Sequence record: DRR723986_4803
Length of the DNA: 64,000 bases
Reading direction: 5' to 3' (one strand)
Below are positions 1-8,860 of the stretch, piece by piece (the first letter of the stretch is position 1; every line of letters begins with the position of its first letter). The notes under the pieces were generated by a model. The model did not search any database and was not told where the DNA came from. It worked only from the letters and a program-made list of their open reading frames with translations. The translations under genes and the position numbers were made by a program.

Positions 1-478
1 CAACGCAGATCATCTGGTGGCATCGGCGGGCCGCGTATCGTTCCAGTCGCCGGAACGCTTCGCGGGACACAGCATTCTGGTATTCATGGAACGGTGCCCC
101 GTGAACCGTATGGATCACCGCAGGGACTTTGCACTTCCATGCAGCTAGACGTCCCAGGAATCCACCTTTCGCGCTGTGCGTGTGGACGACGTCTGGTTCA
201 AACTCTTTGATGCGATCAATCAGGCTGCGGTAGGCTTTCCAGTCGTCCAGTGGTCGAATGGCGCGTTGAAGGCTGGGGATTTCGTCAACGCGGAGCCCCC
301 CTGCCCTGCCCTGGCTAAGCAGCTTTCCTTCTGGTCCGGTCGTTGGCCCAGTAACAAGAACCACGTCATCGCCGTATTGATCACGCAAGTCCAGACAGTT
401 GTAGAGCGTGTTTTCCTGTGCACCACCGATGATCATTCGCGTGATGACATGCATGACTCGCAACCGCTGATGGCTCAT
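1..478 (-). CDS. Glycosyltransferase family 4 (GT-B) protein, N-terminal part; runs off the window start
   Basis: Not in the ORF track. Manual translation from ATG 478 (TGATG overlap with the truA stop) gives MSHQRLRVMHVITRMIIGGAQENTL...FEPDVVHTHSAKGGFLGRLAAW...VIHTVHG, which are typical GT4 N-terminal motifs. Confidence 0.88.
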   Translation of the reverse strand, partial: MSHQRLRVMHVITRMIIGGAQENTLYNCLDLRDQYGDDVVLVTGPTTGPEGKLLSQGRAGGLRVDEIPSLQRAIRPLDDWKAYRSLIDRIKEFEPDVVHTHSAKGGFLGRLAAWKCKVPAVIHTVHGAPFHEYQNAVSREAFRRLERYAARRCHQMICV

Positions 479-1332
479 CAGAACAAGACCTCCTGCAAGA
501 AGAGCCCTTGTGGCGGGGCGGCTGCACCGGCCACCTCGCGATCGCGGGCGGCCAAAATCTCGTCAATCCAAGCTGGGCTCTTGCGGCCAACTGAAATCTG
601 GATGAGCGTACCGACGATGTTACGCACCATGTTGTAAAGAAACCCGTCGGCTTCAATATCGAATTGATACATCGTTCCATCCATGTGCGGCCGCGAGGTC
701 ACATCGAGCGACCGGACATGGCGAACCGTACTGCTCCTGGGGCTTCCCACGGATTGGAAACTGTAGAAGTCGTGCTTCCCAACCACTCGTCTGGCAGCGT
801 CCAGCAAGAGGTCTTGGTTCACCAGTTGTTTCACCCACCAGTGCGTGCCAGCGCCAATTGGGTCAGCCTTCCGCGAGCAATAGGCAAAGTAGCGATAACG
901 TTTGCCATGGTTGTCGCGCAGTGGATTAAAGTCCAGGGGCACTTCGACAGCATCCCGACAAACCACATCGCTTGGCAAGTGGGTGTTCAGGGCTAGAGGG
1001 AGTCGATCCGCGGGCGCGTTCCATTTGCTCGTGCGGAACATGGCCGCTTGCCCCAGAGCATGCACCCCTGAATCCGTGCGGCTGCTCGAGTAAACTACAA
1101 TCGAATCGATCGAAAGCAAGCTAGCCACCGAATTTTCGACGGCCTCTTGAACGGTCGGCAGATTTAGCTGCCGCTGCCACCCGCAGTAGTTCGCTCCGTT
1201 GTAAGCGAGCGTTAGGCGAAATGCTCGTTCGCTACTTCCTGCGCCGCCTCTGCCTGCATTCTCACGCTCTGCATCTACGTCGGCTTCGACTTCTGGTGCT
1301 GAAACCGGAGCCTCTGATTCAGGCCTACTCAC
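478..1332 (-). CDS. truA: tRNA pseudouridine(38-40) synthase TruA
   Basis: LAYNGANYCGWQRQ, SRTDSGVHALGQ (catalytic Asp), FLYNMVRNIVG, APPQGLFL. Confidence 0.96.
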   Translation of the reverse strand: MSRPESEAPVSAPEVEADVDAERENAGRGGAGSSERAFRLTLAYNGANYCGWQRQLNLPTVQEAVENSVASLLSIDSIVVYSSSRTDSGVHALGQAAMFRTSKWNAPADRLPLALNTHLPSDVVCRDAVEVPLDFNPLRDNHGKRYRYFAYCSRKADPIGAGTHWWVKQLVNQDLLLDAARRVVGKHDFYSFQSVGSPRSSTVRHVRSLDVTSRPHMDGTMYQFDIEADGFLYNMVRNIVGTLIQISVGRKSPAWIDEILAARDREVAGAAAPPQGLFLQEVLF

Positions 1333-2345
1333 TTTGCAGCCACAGAACTTTCAGCCAGCAGCTTGCCAATCTGCACCGCGTTTGTCGCCGCACCTTTTCG
1401 CAAGTTGTCACTTACGCACCAGAAGCTAATGCCGGTTGGAACGTTCAGGTCACGACGCACCCGACCCACAAACACATCGGGCTTGTCCGCCGAATTGCGA
1501 GGCATAGGGTACGATTGGCTACTAAGGTCATCTACCAAAGTAACCCCGTCCGCTTCGGCAAGAACTCGACGAATCTCTTCCAGTTCGAGTGGCGTTTCAG
1601 TCTCGCAGTAGATTGATTCGCTGTGCCCGATCAGAACCGGAACACGAACGCAGGTTGCATTGATCTCGATGGAATCGTCACCGAAGATTTTATGCGTCTC
1701 CCGAACCATTTTGATTTCTTCGGACGTGAAGCCAGCTTCCTTCTCTGAGCCGATCTGTGGGATCAGGTTCATTGCGATGTCATGCTGGAAGATCGATGCA
1801 CTCCCCTGCTCTCCCGCTAAGAGCTTTCGGGTGTTGCCAACGGTCTCCTCGTTTGCCGCTAGTCCGGCACCGCTGACGGCTTGGTAGGTGCTGACGATGA
1901 TGCGCTTCAGCCCAGCCGCCTTCTTTAGTGGGGCGAGTGCGACAACCATCTGAGTCGTACTGCAGTTGGGGCTGGCGATAATCCCCTTATGCTGCTTCAC
2001 TTCATCGCCATTGACTTCAGGGATGACCAGTGGCACGTCATCCTTCATTCGGTAAAAGGCGGATTCGTCAACAACGACCGCCCCACGCTCAACGGCCCAG
2101 GGAACAAACTCGGCGGCAACTTCATCGGGTGTGCTGGCGATGACGACATCGACACCGTCAAAGGCCTCGGCGGTGAGCAATTCGACTTCGTGCTGTTTGC
2201 CCTGAAACTCGATCTTGGAACCAGCCGAGCGAGCGGAGGCCAGCAGTTTGATATTCTGAAACGGCAGGCCTTGCTTGGTGATTTCGTCCAGCACAATGGT
2301 GCCGACCGCACCCGTAGCTCCGACAACAGCCAATGTATTGATCAC
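1329..2345 (-). CDS. asd: Aspartate-semialdehyde dehydrogenase
   Basis: VVGATGAVG, IASPNCST, CVRVPVLIGHSE, DNLRKGAATNAVQI. Start moved to GTG 2345, which follows a GAGGG Shine-Dalgarno. Confidence 0.97.
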   Translation of the reverse strand: MINTLAVVGATGAVGTIVLDEITKQGLPFQNIKLLASARSAGSKIEFQGKQHEVELLTAEAFDGVDVVIASTPDEVAAEFVPWAVERGAVVVDESAFYRMKDDVPLVIPEVNGDEVKQHKGIIASPNCSTTQMVVALAPLKKAAGLKRIIVSTYQAVSGAGLAANEETVGNTRKLLAGEQGSASIFQHDIAMNLIPQIGSEKEAGFTSEEIKMVRETHKIFGDDSIEINATCVRVPVLIGHSESIYCETETPLELEEIRRVLAEADGVTLVDDLSSQSYPMPRNSADKPDVFVGRVRRDLNVPTGISFWCVSDNLRKGAATNAVQIGKLLAESSVAAK

Positions 2346-2712
2346 GGTTGAATCCCTCTTCGGGCCCCTGGATTTTGGCCCACGCACGAACGTTATTTGT
2401 CACTTGAGCCGAACACCACCGTGGAAGCGGCCTTGGATCCCGAAAAATGAGAACATTCGAGAAAGTCGGCTGACTTGGAATACTAGCAGACAATGCCCAA
2501 AACGGAAGACATGACCTAGGTGCAAGCACCAAAGGCCGCCTGGATTTCGAGCTCAATTGCTCAGTCCGAGTGTGATCGCAGTCAGGAAAAACCGCCTCAA
2601 CGCTAAGCCCAGACACTGTTGTCGTCCGATTTGTTCGCCGCGTCGATGAAGTGAATCCGCAGCGGGCAAACGAAGAGACAGAGAGACAGCGCTAGCTCAA
2701 ACGAAGCATTTG

Positions 2713-2748
2713 CTCGACACGCCAACTCGACACGCCAACTCGACACGC
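2713..2748. repeat. Short tandem repeat, 13-bp unit CTCGACACGCCAA, about 2.8 copies
   Basis: Copies at 2713-2725 and 2726-2738, plus a partial copy at 2739-2748; intergenic. Confidence 0.85.
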
Positions 2749-2762
2749 TGGCTCGGCACAAG

Positions 2763-3950
2763 CTAGCGGCTGAGGCTTTCCGGTGGAGTGGCTGCCAAGT
2801 TGAGCGGCGGTAGGTACATGTGCGTTTCGTCTTCAAATTCGTGCCCGCCAGCTCCGGGCGTCAAGAATACCTGAGGATCGACCTCTTGGAGTAGCTTCGG
2901 GTTGTGCCATTCAGTTGTCGCCTGCATGGCTTCGTCGACACCTTCGATTTCGGTCGATGCTCGAGAGTAGGAAACTCGATGCAACCAGAATGGAAAGGCG
3001 GCGTCGTTGGTTGCCACAACCGCTTCCACATTGGTTGGAATCAAAGTCGAGTGACTGTTGCCGAACATCTGCTCGTCCACCGGCGCAAGTCCGCGCACTG
3101 CTTGCGGCTCCAAAGCCAGAGTACCGAGCAGTCGCCACGCCGGTTGGCCTTCAGCGGTCGTTTCGGAAACACTGTGCCAAGTGAACTTCTGACACAGTGA
3201 ACGAAGGACTTCGCTTTGCCCTCCGATCGCACGATGCAGTAAGTCAACTTTGTTGTAGATCGTTCGGTTGTTCAAGCCATTTTGCGCAAGCCGCGATCGG
3301 ACCTGGCTAAGATCTACTTCTGAGTAGCGTCGGATGCCGTGAATTTCTTCCATCGTCAGCAGGCGCTGCCCATCGCCAACTTGCAGCAGTGAGTTGAGTT
3401 GTTCGCGTGAAGAGAATTGCAAAGAGTATCGCAGCAAACCAAGTCGCTTGCCTCCACGCAAGTAGTGCCCTACCCCGACCGATTTCTTGCCCGCGATGCT
3501 AATCGTTTGTCGTACGTCACTCTGCGCTGGCTGTTTTGCATAGACGCTTTCATGCAAGCAGCGGAACAGGATCGCAAAGGCTACATCACTTTGGCTCTCG
3601 TCTTTGCTGTCCGACGAAGAGCTGGCGCTGGTCTGTGCTGGAGAGCCAGCCGTCCGTGCAGCCGCGGGGGGGGAGAATCCAGCGTTTGCCGGCGCGTCTA
3701 TTGATGGCGCGCTTGCTAATGGAGTGTTCGTTGACAGCGGGCTACTCGATGGTGCGTTGTCGCCGAACGAAGGGTTCGATTCGCTAGCTGATATTTGCCC
3801 GCTGGCTGGTGCCGATGAAGCCACGAGTATTCCAGCCGCCAACGCTAGCAAAGCCAATGCAGGCAATTGCACCCAGGCATCAATCTGGCTTCGTCGGTGC
3901 CAGTAGCACCGATTGTTCTTGGCATTCGCGTTGGGCAATCTTCGCCACAT
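2763..3950 (-). CDS. Exported hypothetical protein, possibly LolA-like fold
   Basis: Hydrophobic signal segment, S/A/P-rich linker, then a beta-rich domain with LLQVGDGQRLL and a C-terminal EVDPQVFLTP, reminiscent of LolA-type carriers. Start uncertain. Confidence 0.6.
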   Translation of the reverse strand: MWRRLPNANAKNNRCYWHRRSQIDAWVQLPALALLALAAGILVASSAPASGQISASESNPSFGDNAPSSSPLSTNTPLASAPSIDAPANAGFSPPAAARTAGSPAQTSASSSSDSKDESQSDVAFAILFRCLHESVYAKQPAQSDVRQTISIAGKKSVGVGHYLRGGKRLGLLRYSLQFSSREQLNSLLQVGDGQRLLTMEEIHGIRRYSEVDLSQVRSRLAQNGLNNRTIYNKVDLLHRAIGGQSEVLRSLCQKFTWHSVSETTAEGQPAWRLLGTLALEPQAVRGLAPVDEQMFGNSHSTLIPTNVEAVVATNDAAFPFWLHRVSYSRASTEIEGVDEAMQATTEWHNPKLLQEVDPQVFLTPGAGGHEFEDETHMYLPPLNLAATPPESLSR

Positions 3951-4321
3951 AGTCCGGTTGTGCGGGATTTGTCAAAGAAAACAGTGATTCAACGCCGAAA
4001 GTAAAGGCACGGGGAATGTTCGCCCGGGTGCAATGCATGAATTTCAGCTTTCACGGCTGAACATCGAGCACTCACAGGCAGACGTTTTCCTACGAACCTG
4101 CGGCTGCTGTTAGCTCACCAAACAGGATTGTTGGCCTCAAACCGGCGATTCTAGGTGCAAGCTGGCAGACGCGTCCAGGCGAATTGGCGCACCCGTAACC
4201 TGCGCTGCGAACCATCTGCAGACTGCTGTCAGTGGCCGCGAATTAGACACTCACTCAGGATCGTTTCGAAAGCGACAGTACGCGACCTTTCCCAAGTACT
4301 GTCAACATTAGGGGGTTTAGC

Positions 4322-5494
4322 ATGAAAATGCGTGTTTTCCTTACGCTAGCCGTAGTAGCCGCAGGCTGCTTCACCGGCTGCACCACGGTGCGTCACAACA
4401 CGCCGCCTGCACAGCGACTTCTTGAACCAGGTCCGGGCGTTGGTGGCCCTGGACCAGGGGTTCTTGGACCTGGCGTAGCCGGGCCAGCCGCTGGCGTTGT
4501 ACCTGCTTCTGCGATGGGCGGCATGTCCGGCGGTTGCATGGACTGCGGTCCTGGTGGAGCGGTTACCGCTGGCGGCATGATGATGCCTGGAGCGGGAGCC
4601 AATGTACAAGTGCTGTTCAATCGTCCAGAGGGCATGCAGCTCTACTACGACGTCGTCGGAGATGGCTCCTTCGGTAGCGAACCACTTTATGTCCCCGGCC
4701 GACTTGAGTTCCCTCAAGGTGGCATCTACCGCATGAAGCTGACCAACATCCAAGGTCGCGAAGGCGTAGAGCTTTACCCAACTGTCGAAGTTGCCAACGG
4801 CAATCCTCGCACAGCGGCTTACCTAGCTCACAACGCGATTCCGGTTCAATTCACCGTTGATGACTTCGAACAAGTGCTTTCGGGCAACTTCGTCACCAAA
4901 GTGATTTACCTTCCCGATCCAGAATTCCAAGGCGATGCACTTGTAGGTGTTGACGTCCTGGTTAGCAACCGCCTCGAACCAGGCCTCGATCCAATCATCG
5001 AAGCCGACCGTCGCGGTTCAATCCTGGCAATCGTCCGCTTGGGTAACAAGGACGTAGAAATGTCCGGAGCTGGCATGGGCGGTGTCGCCGCGATGGCTGG
5101 CATGGGCATGATGTGTGGTCCTGACGGCTGTGGTCCTGGTGGAGTTCCCGCTTCACTTCCTGGTTACGTCGCCGGAGTTACCGCTCCTCAATACGGAATG
5201 ACAATGTCTGGAACGCCAATTGGTCTTCCAGGTCCACCACACATTCCACTCGGATCGCCAGCCGGTTTGAAGAAGCACACGATGCGCAACCGCACTCACA
5301 TGCACATGCCTGACCCTGTTCAGCACATGCGAGTCAACGTGCGTCAAACACCTGGCCAGAGCTACCCTGCTCCAGTCAACCGAGTTCGCATCCACGAACG
5401 CAACGTACACCCCGGTGTACCAATAGGAGCTCCAGGGCACGCACGCGGTAGCCAGAGCATCCCAGCTCAAGAAGCAGCCTACTGCCCAGAATAG
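4322..5494 (+). CDS. Hypothetical lipoprotein with Gly/Met/Cys-rich flanks; paralog of 5921..6769
   Basis: Lipobox-like AAGC/FTGC, AGGGGG Shine-Dalgarno, core domain shared with the next gene. Confidence 0.8.
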   Translation: MKMRVFLTLAVVAAGCFTGCTTVRHNTPPAQRLLEPGPGVGGPGPGVLGPGVAGPAAGVVPASAMGGMSGGCMDCGPGGAVTAGGMMMPGAGANVQVLFNRPEGMQLYYDVVGDGSFGSEPLYVPGRLEFPQGGIYRMKLTNIQGREGVELYPTVEVANGNPRTAAYLAHNAIPVQFTVDDFEQVLSGNFVTKVIYLPDPEFQGDALVGVDVLVSNRLEPGLDPIIEADRRGSILAIVRLGNKDVEMSGAGMGGVAAMAGMGMMCGPDGCGPGGVPASLPGYVAGVTAPQYGMTMSGTPIGLPGPPHIPLGSPAGLKKHTMRNRTHMHMPDPVQHMRVNVRQTPGQSYPAPVNRVRIHERNVHPGVPIGAPGHARGSQSIPAQEAAYCPE

Positions 5495-5726
5495 GCAGTT
5501 GGCGGGAAGACGAATCAGGCACCTATGCCTGACAAACAGTCCCAGCTCGGCTGACACGACGTTGGCCCAGCAGAACTGAACGATGACTAGCGTTTGCTCG
5601 CTAGAACCAGCAATCGAGCCAGCCAGCTCGATTGCCAAGACCGAGCTCAAGCAGGTGTTGCCGAAGAATTCGAGCGCTTCGACAGCAATCCTTGATGCTC
5701 TACCAAATGTTACGTGAATGAGTGAT

Positions 5727-5765
5727 GCGGTCGTGGACGACATTGGCCGTTCCGCGACCGCTTTT
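5727..5765 (+). terminator. Putative intrinsic terminator or stem-loop between the two paralogs
   Basis: GCGGTCGTGGA (5727-5737) pairs with TCCGCGACCGC (5751-5761), followed by TTTTATT. Confidence 0.5.
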
Positions 5766-5920
5766 ATTCATTTCGATTTGGTTGGCAATTCCCTGGCGAT
5801 CAGACACTTCGCCGCACCTCACATCGACCACAAGTCTCCCGGGCGACCACAGGCCACTGTGCGAACCGCAGGCTTTGGGCCGACAACTAGGCGACTGCCA
5901 CGTAGACTGGATCCAGAGCG

Positions 5921-6769
5921 ATGTTTAAAACTTTGAGACCAAGTCAAACGACACACTCCGTAGTGCGGTCGCTGCTCCCAGTCATATTATTGACCGCCCT
6001 GCCCTGCTCCGCAGTTCTCGGGCAGAAGCGCAGTCTCAACCCAAACGTAAACTACCTACTCGACGCCAACGGCCCGCCGGGCTACGTCGCCAGTGCTCAA
6101 GCAGCACGAAGCATGCCCGGTGTCGGCACCTTTCAGCCCGTCGCTATCAACGGCCCCAAGGGCCTGAAGGTCGCGCTCGCACGTGACGGCTTCTTCCTAG
6201 ACAATATCGATGCACCGGTAACCACCGCCATGATGGTCGGCGCAACGTACCGGTTCCGTATTGCAAACATTCCATTCAAACCCGGTGTTGAGCTCTTTCC
6301 AACGGTGGAAATCATCGACCGATTGCATGCTCCAGCGGGCCGCGAACACCGCTTCCCTATCCCGGTTGAGATCACCCGAGATGACGTGGAACTGGCCATG
6401 CGAGGAGCCTTGGTGACTCGAGTCATCTACCTCGAAGACAGCGAACTCGCTTCACCGGTCAGCTACCCAGCCGGACAACGTCCTTCGGTTACGGTCGCAG
6501 CAAACGAGAACGCTCTTCAACGAGCCGATCAAATGGGACGGCCAGTCGCGATCCTACGACTGGGGTCCAAGGTTCCATCGGCCGGAGCTTTTGACATGAA
6601 CGGTTTCCTGTACGGCTGTCCGCCTTGGTCTCCGTTGGCTCCCGTCCCGACCCGGCAACAATTGGTTCAAGAGAACGGTTGGCCAGAAATTGCACCGGTT
6701 GTTCCTGCCGAGAAGATTTACAACGAAACGCCGGCTGCCGATGAGCCGCGTGCGACCGAGTCCTGGTAA
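5921..6769 (+). CDS. Exported hypothetical protein; paralog of 4322..5494
   Basis: Signal peptide. YRFRIANIPFKPGVELFPTVEI...IPVEITRDDVELAMRGALVTRVIYLED...ADQMGRPVAILRLGSK aligns by eye with the upstream gene. Confidence 0.8.
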   Translation: MFKTLRPSQTTHSVVRSLLPVILLTALPCSAVLGQKRSLNPNVNYLLDANGPPGYVASAQAARSMPGVGTFQPVAINGPKGLKVALARDGFFLDNIDAPVTTAMMVGATYRFRIANIPFKPGVELFPTVEIIDRLHAPAGREHRFPIPVEITRDDVELAMRGALVTRVIYLEDSELASPVSYPAGQRPSVTVAANENALQRADQMGRPVAILRLGSKVPSAGAFDMNGFLYGCPPWSPLAPVPTRQQLVQENGWPEIAPVVPAEKIYNETPAADEPRATESW

Positions 6770-6867
6770 GTAGCCACGCCAAGTTTTTCCAAACGATGCA
6801 GTTTCAATGTAGGTGGAGCAATGCCGCCTGCCTCCGGACTCAGCAAGTGCCAAGAAACAACAGACTC

Positions 6868-8184
6868 ATGGCAGATAAAGCCAAGGCGAAAACGATGCGA
6901 GCAATTGCAAAACAATCAGCGGACACCACACGCTATGCTTTGGTGGCTCTCGCCCTAGTCGCAGGCACTTCCGTCGGTTGCTCGACGCTCGGGGGGCGAA
7001 ATGCAAATCAAGCGTCAAGCTTAGCCGCTCGACATCAATCGCAGGCATCGCAGCAGCCGGAATTCCCGATGCCACCGCAGACTCCGCAACAAACCGCTCA
7101 AGCCTCCGCGCCGCAGAGTGGTGTTGTCACTGCCAGCTTTGGACAACGTGTCGGTGGGCAGCGAAACGGTGGTCATGCAATGGCATGCCAGTCGTGTCGG
7201 ACGAGTGATGCTGCCTGTTCCACTGGAAGCTGTAGTTGTGGAACTGATACCGGCTGTGCACCTAGCCCAGCACCACGACGCGATGCACAGGAATACATTT
7301 TTGATGGCGGCGATCAACAACCCGTAGTCATCGTGAAAGAAGATTGGACAGAAGCTGGTTTGGACCCAACCGATACGGTCGCCTACTACGAGACCGATGG
7401 TGGGCAGGTGTGCGCCAAACCCAGCAACCGCGTGCCGATCTACGCACCGCGTTTTGGCACGGTACGACAGATTCGCGGCTTGCACTCATCGGAGCTAGCA
7501 GTCGGTACTGAACGAGTCTTTGCACCGCTGTCGCCGATCCCGTTGGAAGAGTCCTTGCTTGTATCCAACCTAGCTCAACCACTTGCACCCCATGGAGAAG
7601 CTCAAGTCAATCAACTTGACGCGTTTCAGGAGAACCAAGGTGGCGTGCCTCTCGAAAAGACAGTCGGTTGGCGAATCATGGCCGACGCCGAAGTGCCTCA
7701 CGAGATGGTCGATTGGTACCGACTGGAAGTCTTCCGCGATGTAGAGCTGCTTGCGATCGGACGTATTCTGCAAGGATCGCGCGAATGGTACTCACCCGAG
7801 TCACTGGGGGTGATGATCAAGGGCGAGAATATTGCACAGACTCGCGAAGCCAAGTTTGCAAAAGAAGTTTACTTGTACGAGGCAGAGGACAAGTGCTCGT
7901 TGCGAATTGTCAAAGCCGCATCGCACACGATTGCTGACTCCGGCGATACGATTCGTTTCACGATTCGGTTTGACAATATTGGTCCAAGGCCGGTTCACAA
8001 GGCGGTCATTCTCGACAACCTTTCACCACGTCTCGAGTACATCGCTGGCAGCCAGCAATGCACCCTCGACGCAGGATTCGAAGAAACGCCCAACGATGTT
8101 GGATCAAGCAAGCTGAAGTGGGCCATTGATGAGATTCCATCCATGACCGGCGGCGTCATCAGCTTCGATTGCATCGTTCGCTAG
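6868..8184 (+). CDS. Cys-rich lipoprotein with C-terminal DUF11 domain
   Basis: Lipobox SVGC, Cys cluster CQSC...CSTGSCSC...C, C-terminal LRIVKAASHTIADSGDTIRFTIRFDNIG...ILDNLSPRLEYIAGS (DUF11 pattern). Start could be 6868 or 6895. Confidence 0.8.
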   Translation: MADKAKAKTMRAIAKQSADTTRYALVALALVAGTSVGCSTLGGRNANQASSLAARHQSQASQQPEFPMPPQTPQQTAQASAPQSGVVTASFGQRVGGQRNGGHAMACQSCRTSDAACSTGSCSCGTDTGCAPSPAPRRDAQEYIFDGGDQQPVVIVKEDWTEAGLDPTDTVAYYETDGGQVCAKPSNRVPIYAPRFGTVRQIRGLHSSELAVGTERVFAPLSPIPLEESLLVSNLAQPLAPHGEAQVNQLDAFQENQGGVPLEKTVGWRIMADAEVPHEMVDWYRLEVFRDVELLAIGRILQGSREWYSPESLGVMIKGENIAQTREAKFAKEVYLYEAEDKCSLRIVKAASHTIADSGDTIRFTIRFDNIGPRPVHKAVILDNLSPRLEYIAGSQQCTLDAGFEETPNDVGSSKLKWAIDEIPSMTGGVISFDCIVR

Positions 8185-8282
8185 CAGCTTTATTGCTTGA
8201 AGCTGCCAACTGCGACGCGGGCGTTACTGCCGACCACCTGATCGGCAGACGTCGGATTTACCGATCCATCTAGCCCCGAGTT

Positions 8283-8759
8283 CTATTTACTCGACAAAGC
8301 AAAATCGATCGTGTTTTCGGTTTCGGCTACTGTCTCAAGAAGCGTCGTCTTCGCGTTGTACTTCGCTGGAATGTCTGCCTTCTTTTTACGTTCCGCTTTC
8401 GCGTAATCGCTAGCTGGACCGCCTGAAGCCATTGCTTCGTAGGCAGCGCTATCAGAGCTCTGGTAGGCTTCCTCCTCTTCAGAACTGGCATTGTCCACGA
8501 CGGTTACACGAGTAATTGAGACCCTGTAGCTTCCAGACGGTACGCCTTTCCCTTTAATGCAGGTAAGCTCGTACTTTCCGTTAGCGTCTGTCGTGGCCGT
8601 TGCAGTGATTCCACCCTCGGCTTCAGGTGCAAACGCCACCAACAAACCTTCTTGTGGCTTATCATCCAGTGTGACCGTGCCGCTCACAGGGTAGAGAGCA
8701 ACGCCTCCGCATCCGGTCAAGGCTGTTAAACATAGTCCCATCAACAAAATGACTTTCAT
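8283..8759 (-). CDS. Small lipoprotein with carboxypeptidase-regulatory-like (Ig/transthyretin-like) domain; typical DUF1559 partner
   Basis: MKVILLMGLCLTALTGCGG lipobox, PVSGTVTLDDKP, ATTDANGKYEL, IPAKYN...NTIDFAL. GAGGTG Shine-Dalgarno before ATG 8759. Confidence 0.85.
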   Translation of the reverse strand: MKVILLMGLCLTALTGCGGVALYPVSGTVTLDDKPQEGLLVAFAPEAEGGITATATTDANGKYELTCIKGKGVPSGSYRVSITRVTVVDNASSEEEEAYQSSDSAAYEAMASGGPASDYAKAERKKKADIPAKYNAKTTLLETVAETENTIDFALSSK

Positions 8760-8802
8760 CAACCCACCTCTAAAGTTCAGTGTGAATGTACTAGTTGAGA
8801 TC

Positions 8803-8836
8803 AAAAAAAACAGCCTAGCATACAATGCTAGGCTGT
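8803..8836 (-). terminator. Rho-independent terminator after the DUF1559 gene
   Basis: Perfect 12-bp stem ACAGCCTAGCAT/ATGCTAGGCTGT (8810-8836) followed on the minus strand by a T run. Confidence 0.88.
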
Positions 8837-8860
8837 GTGGATCATCTGGATAGGTGCAGA

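Noticed and set aside
176-637. 153-aa plus-strand ORF at the window start
   Set aside because: Antisense to truA and to the GT4 gene read on the minus strand
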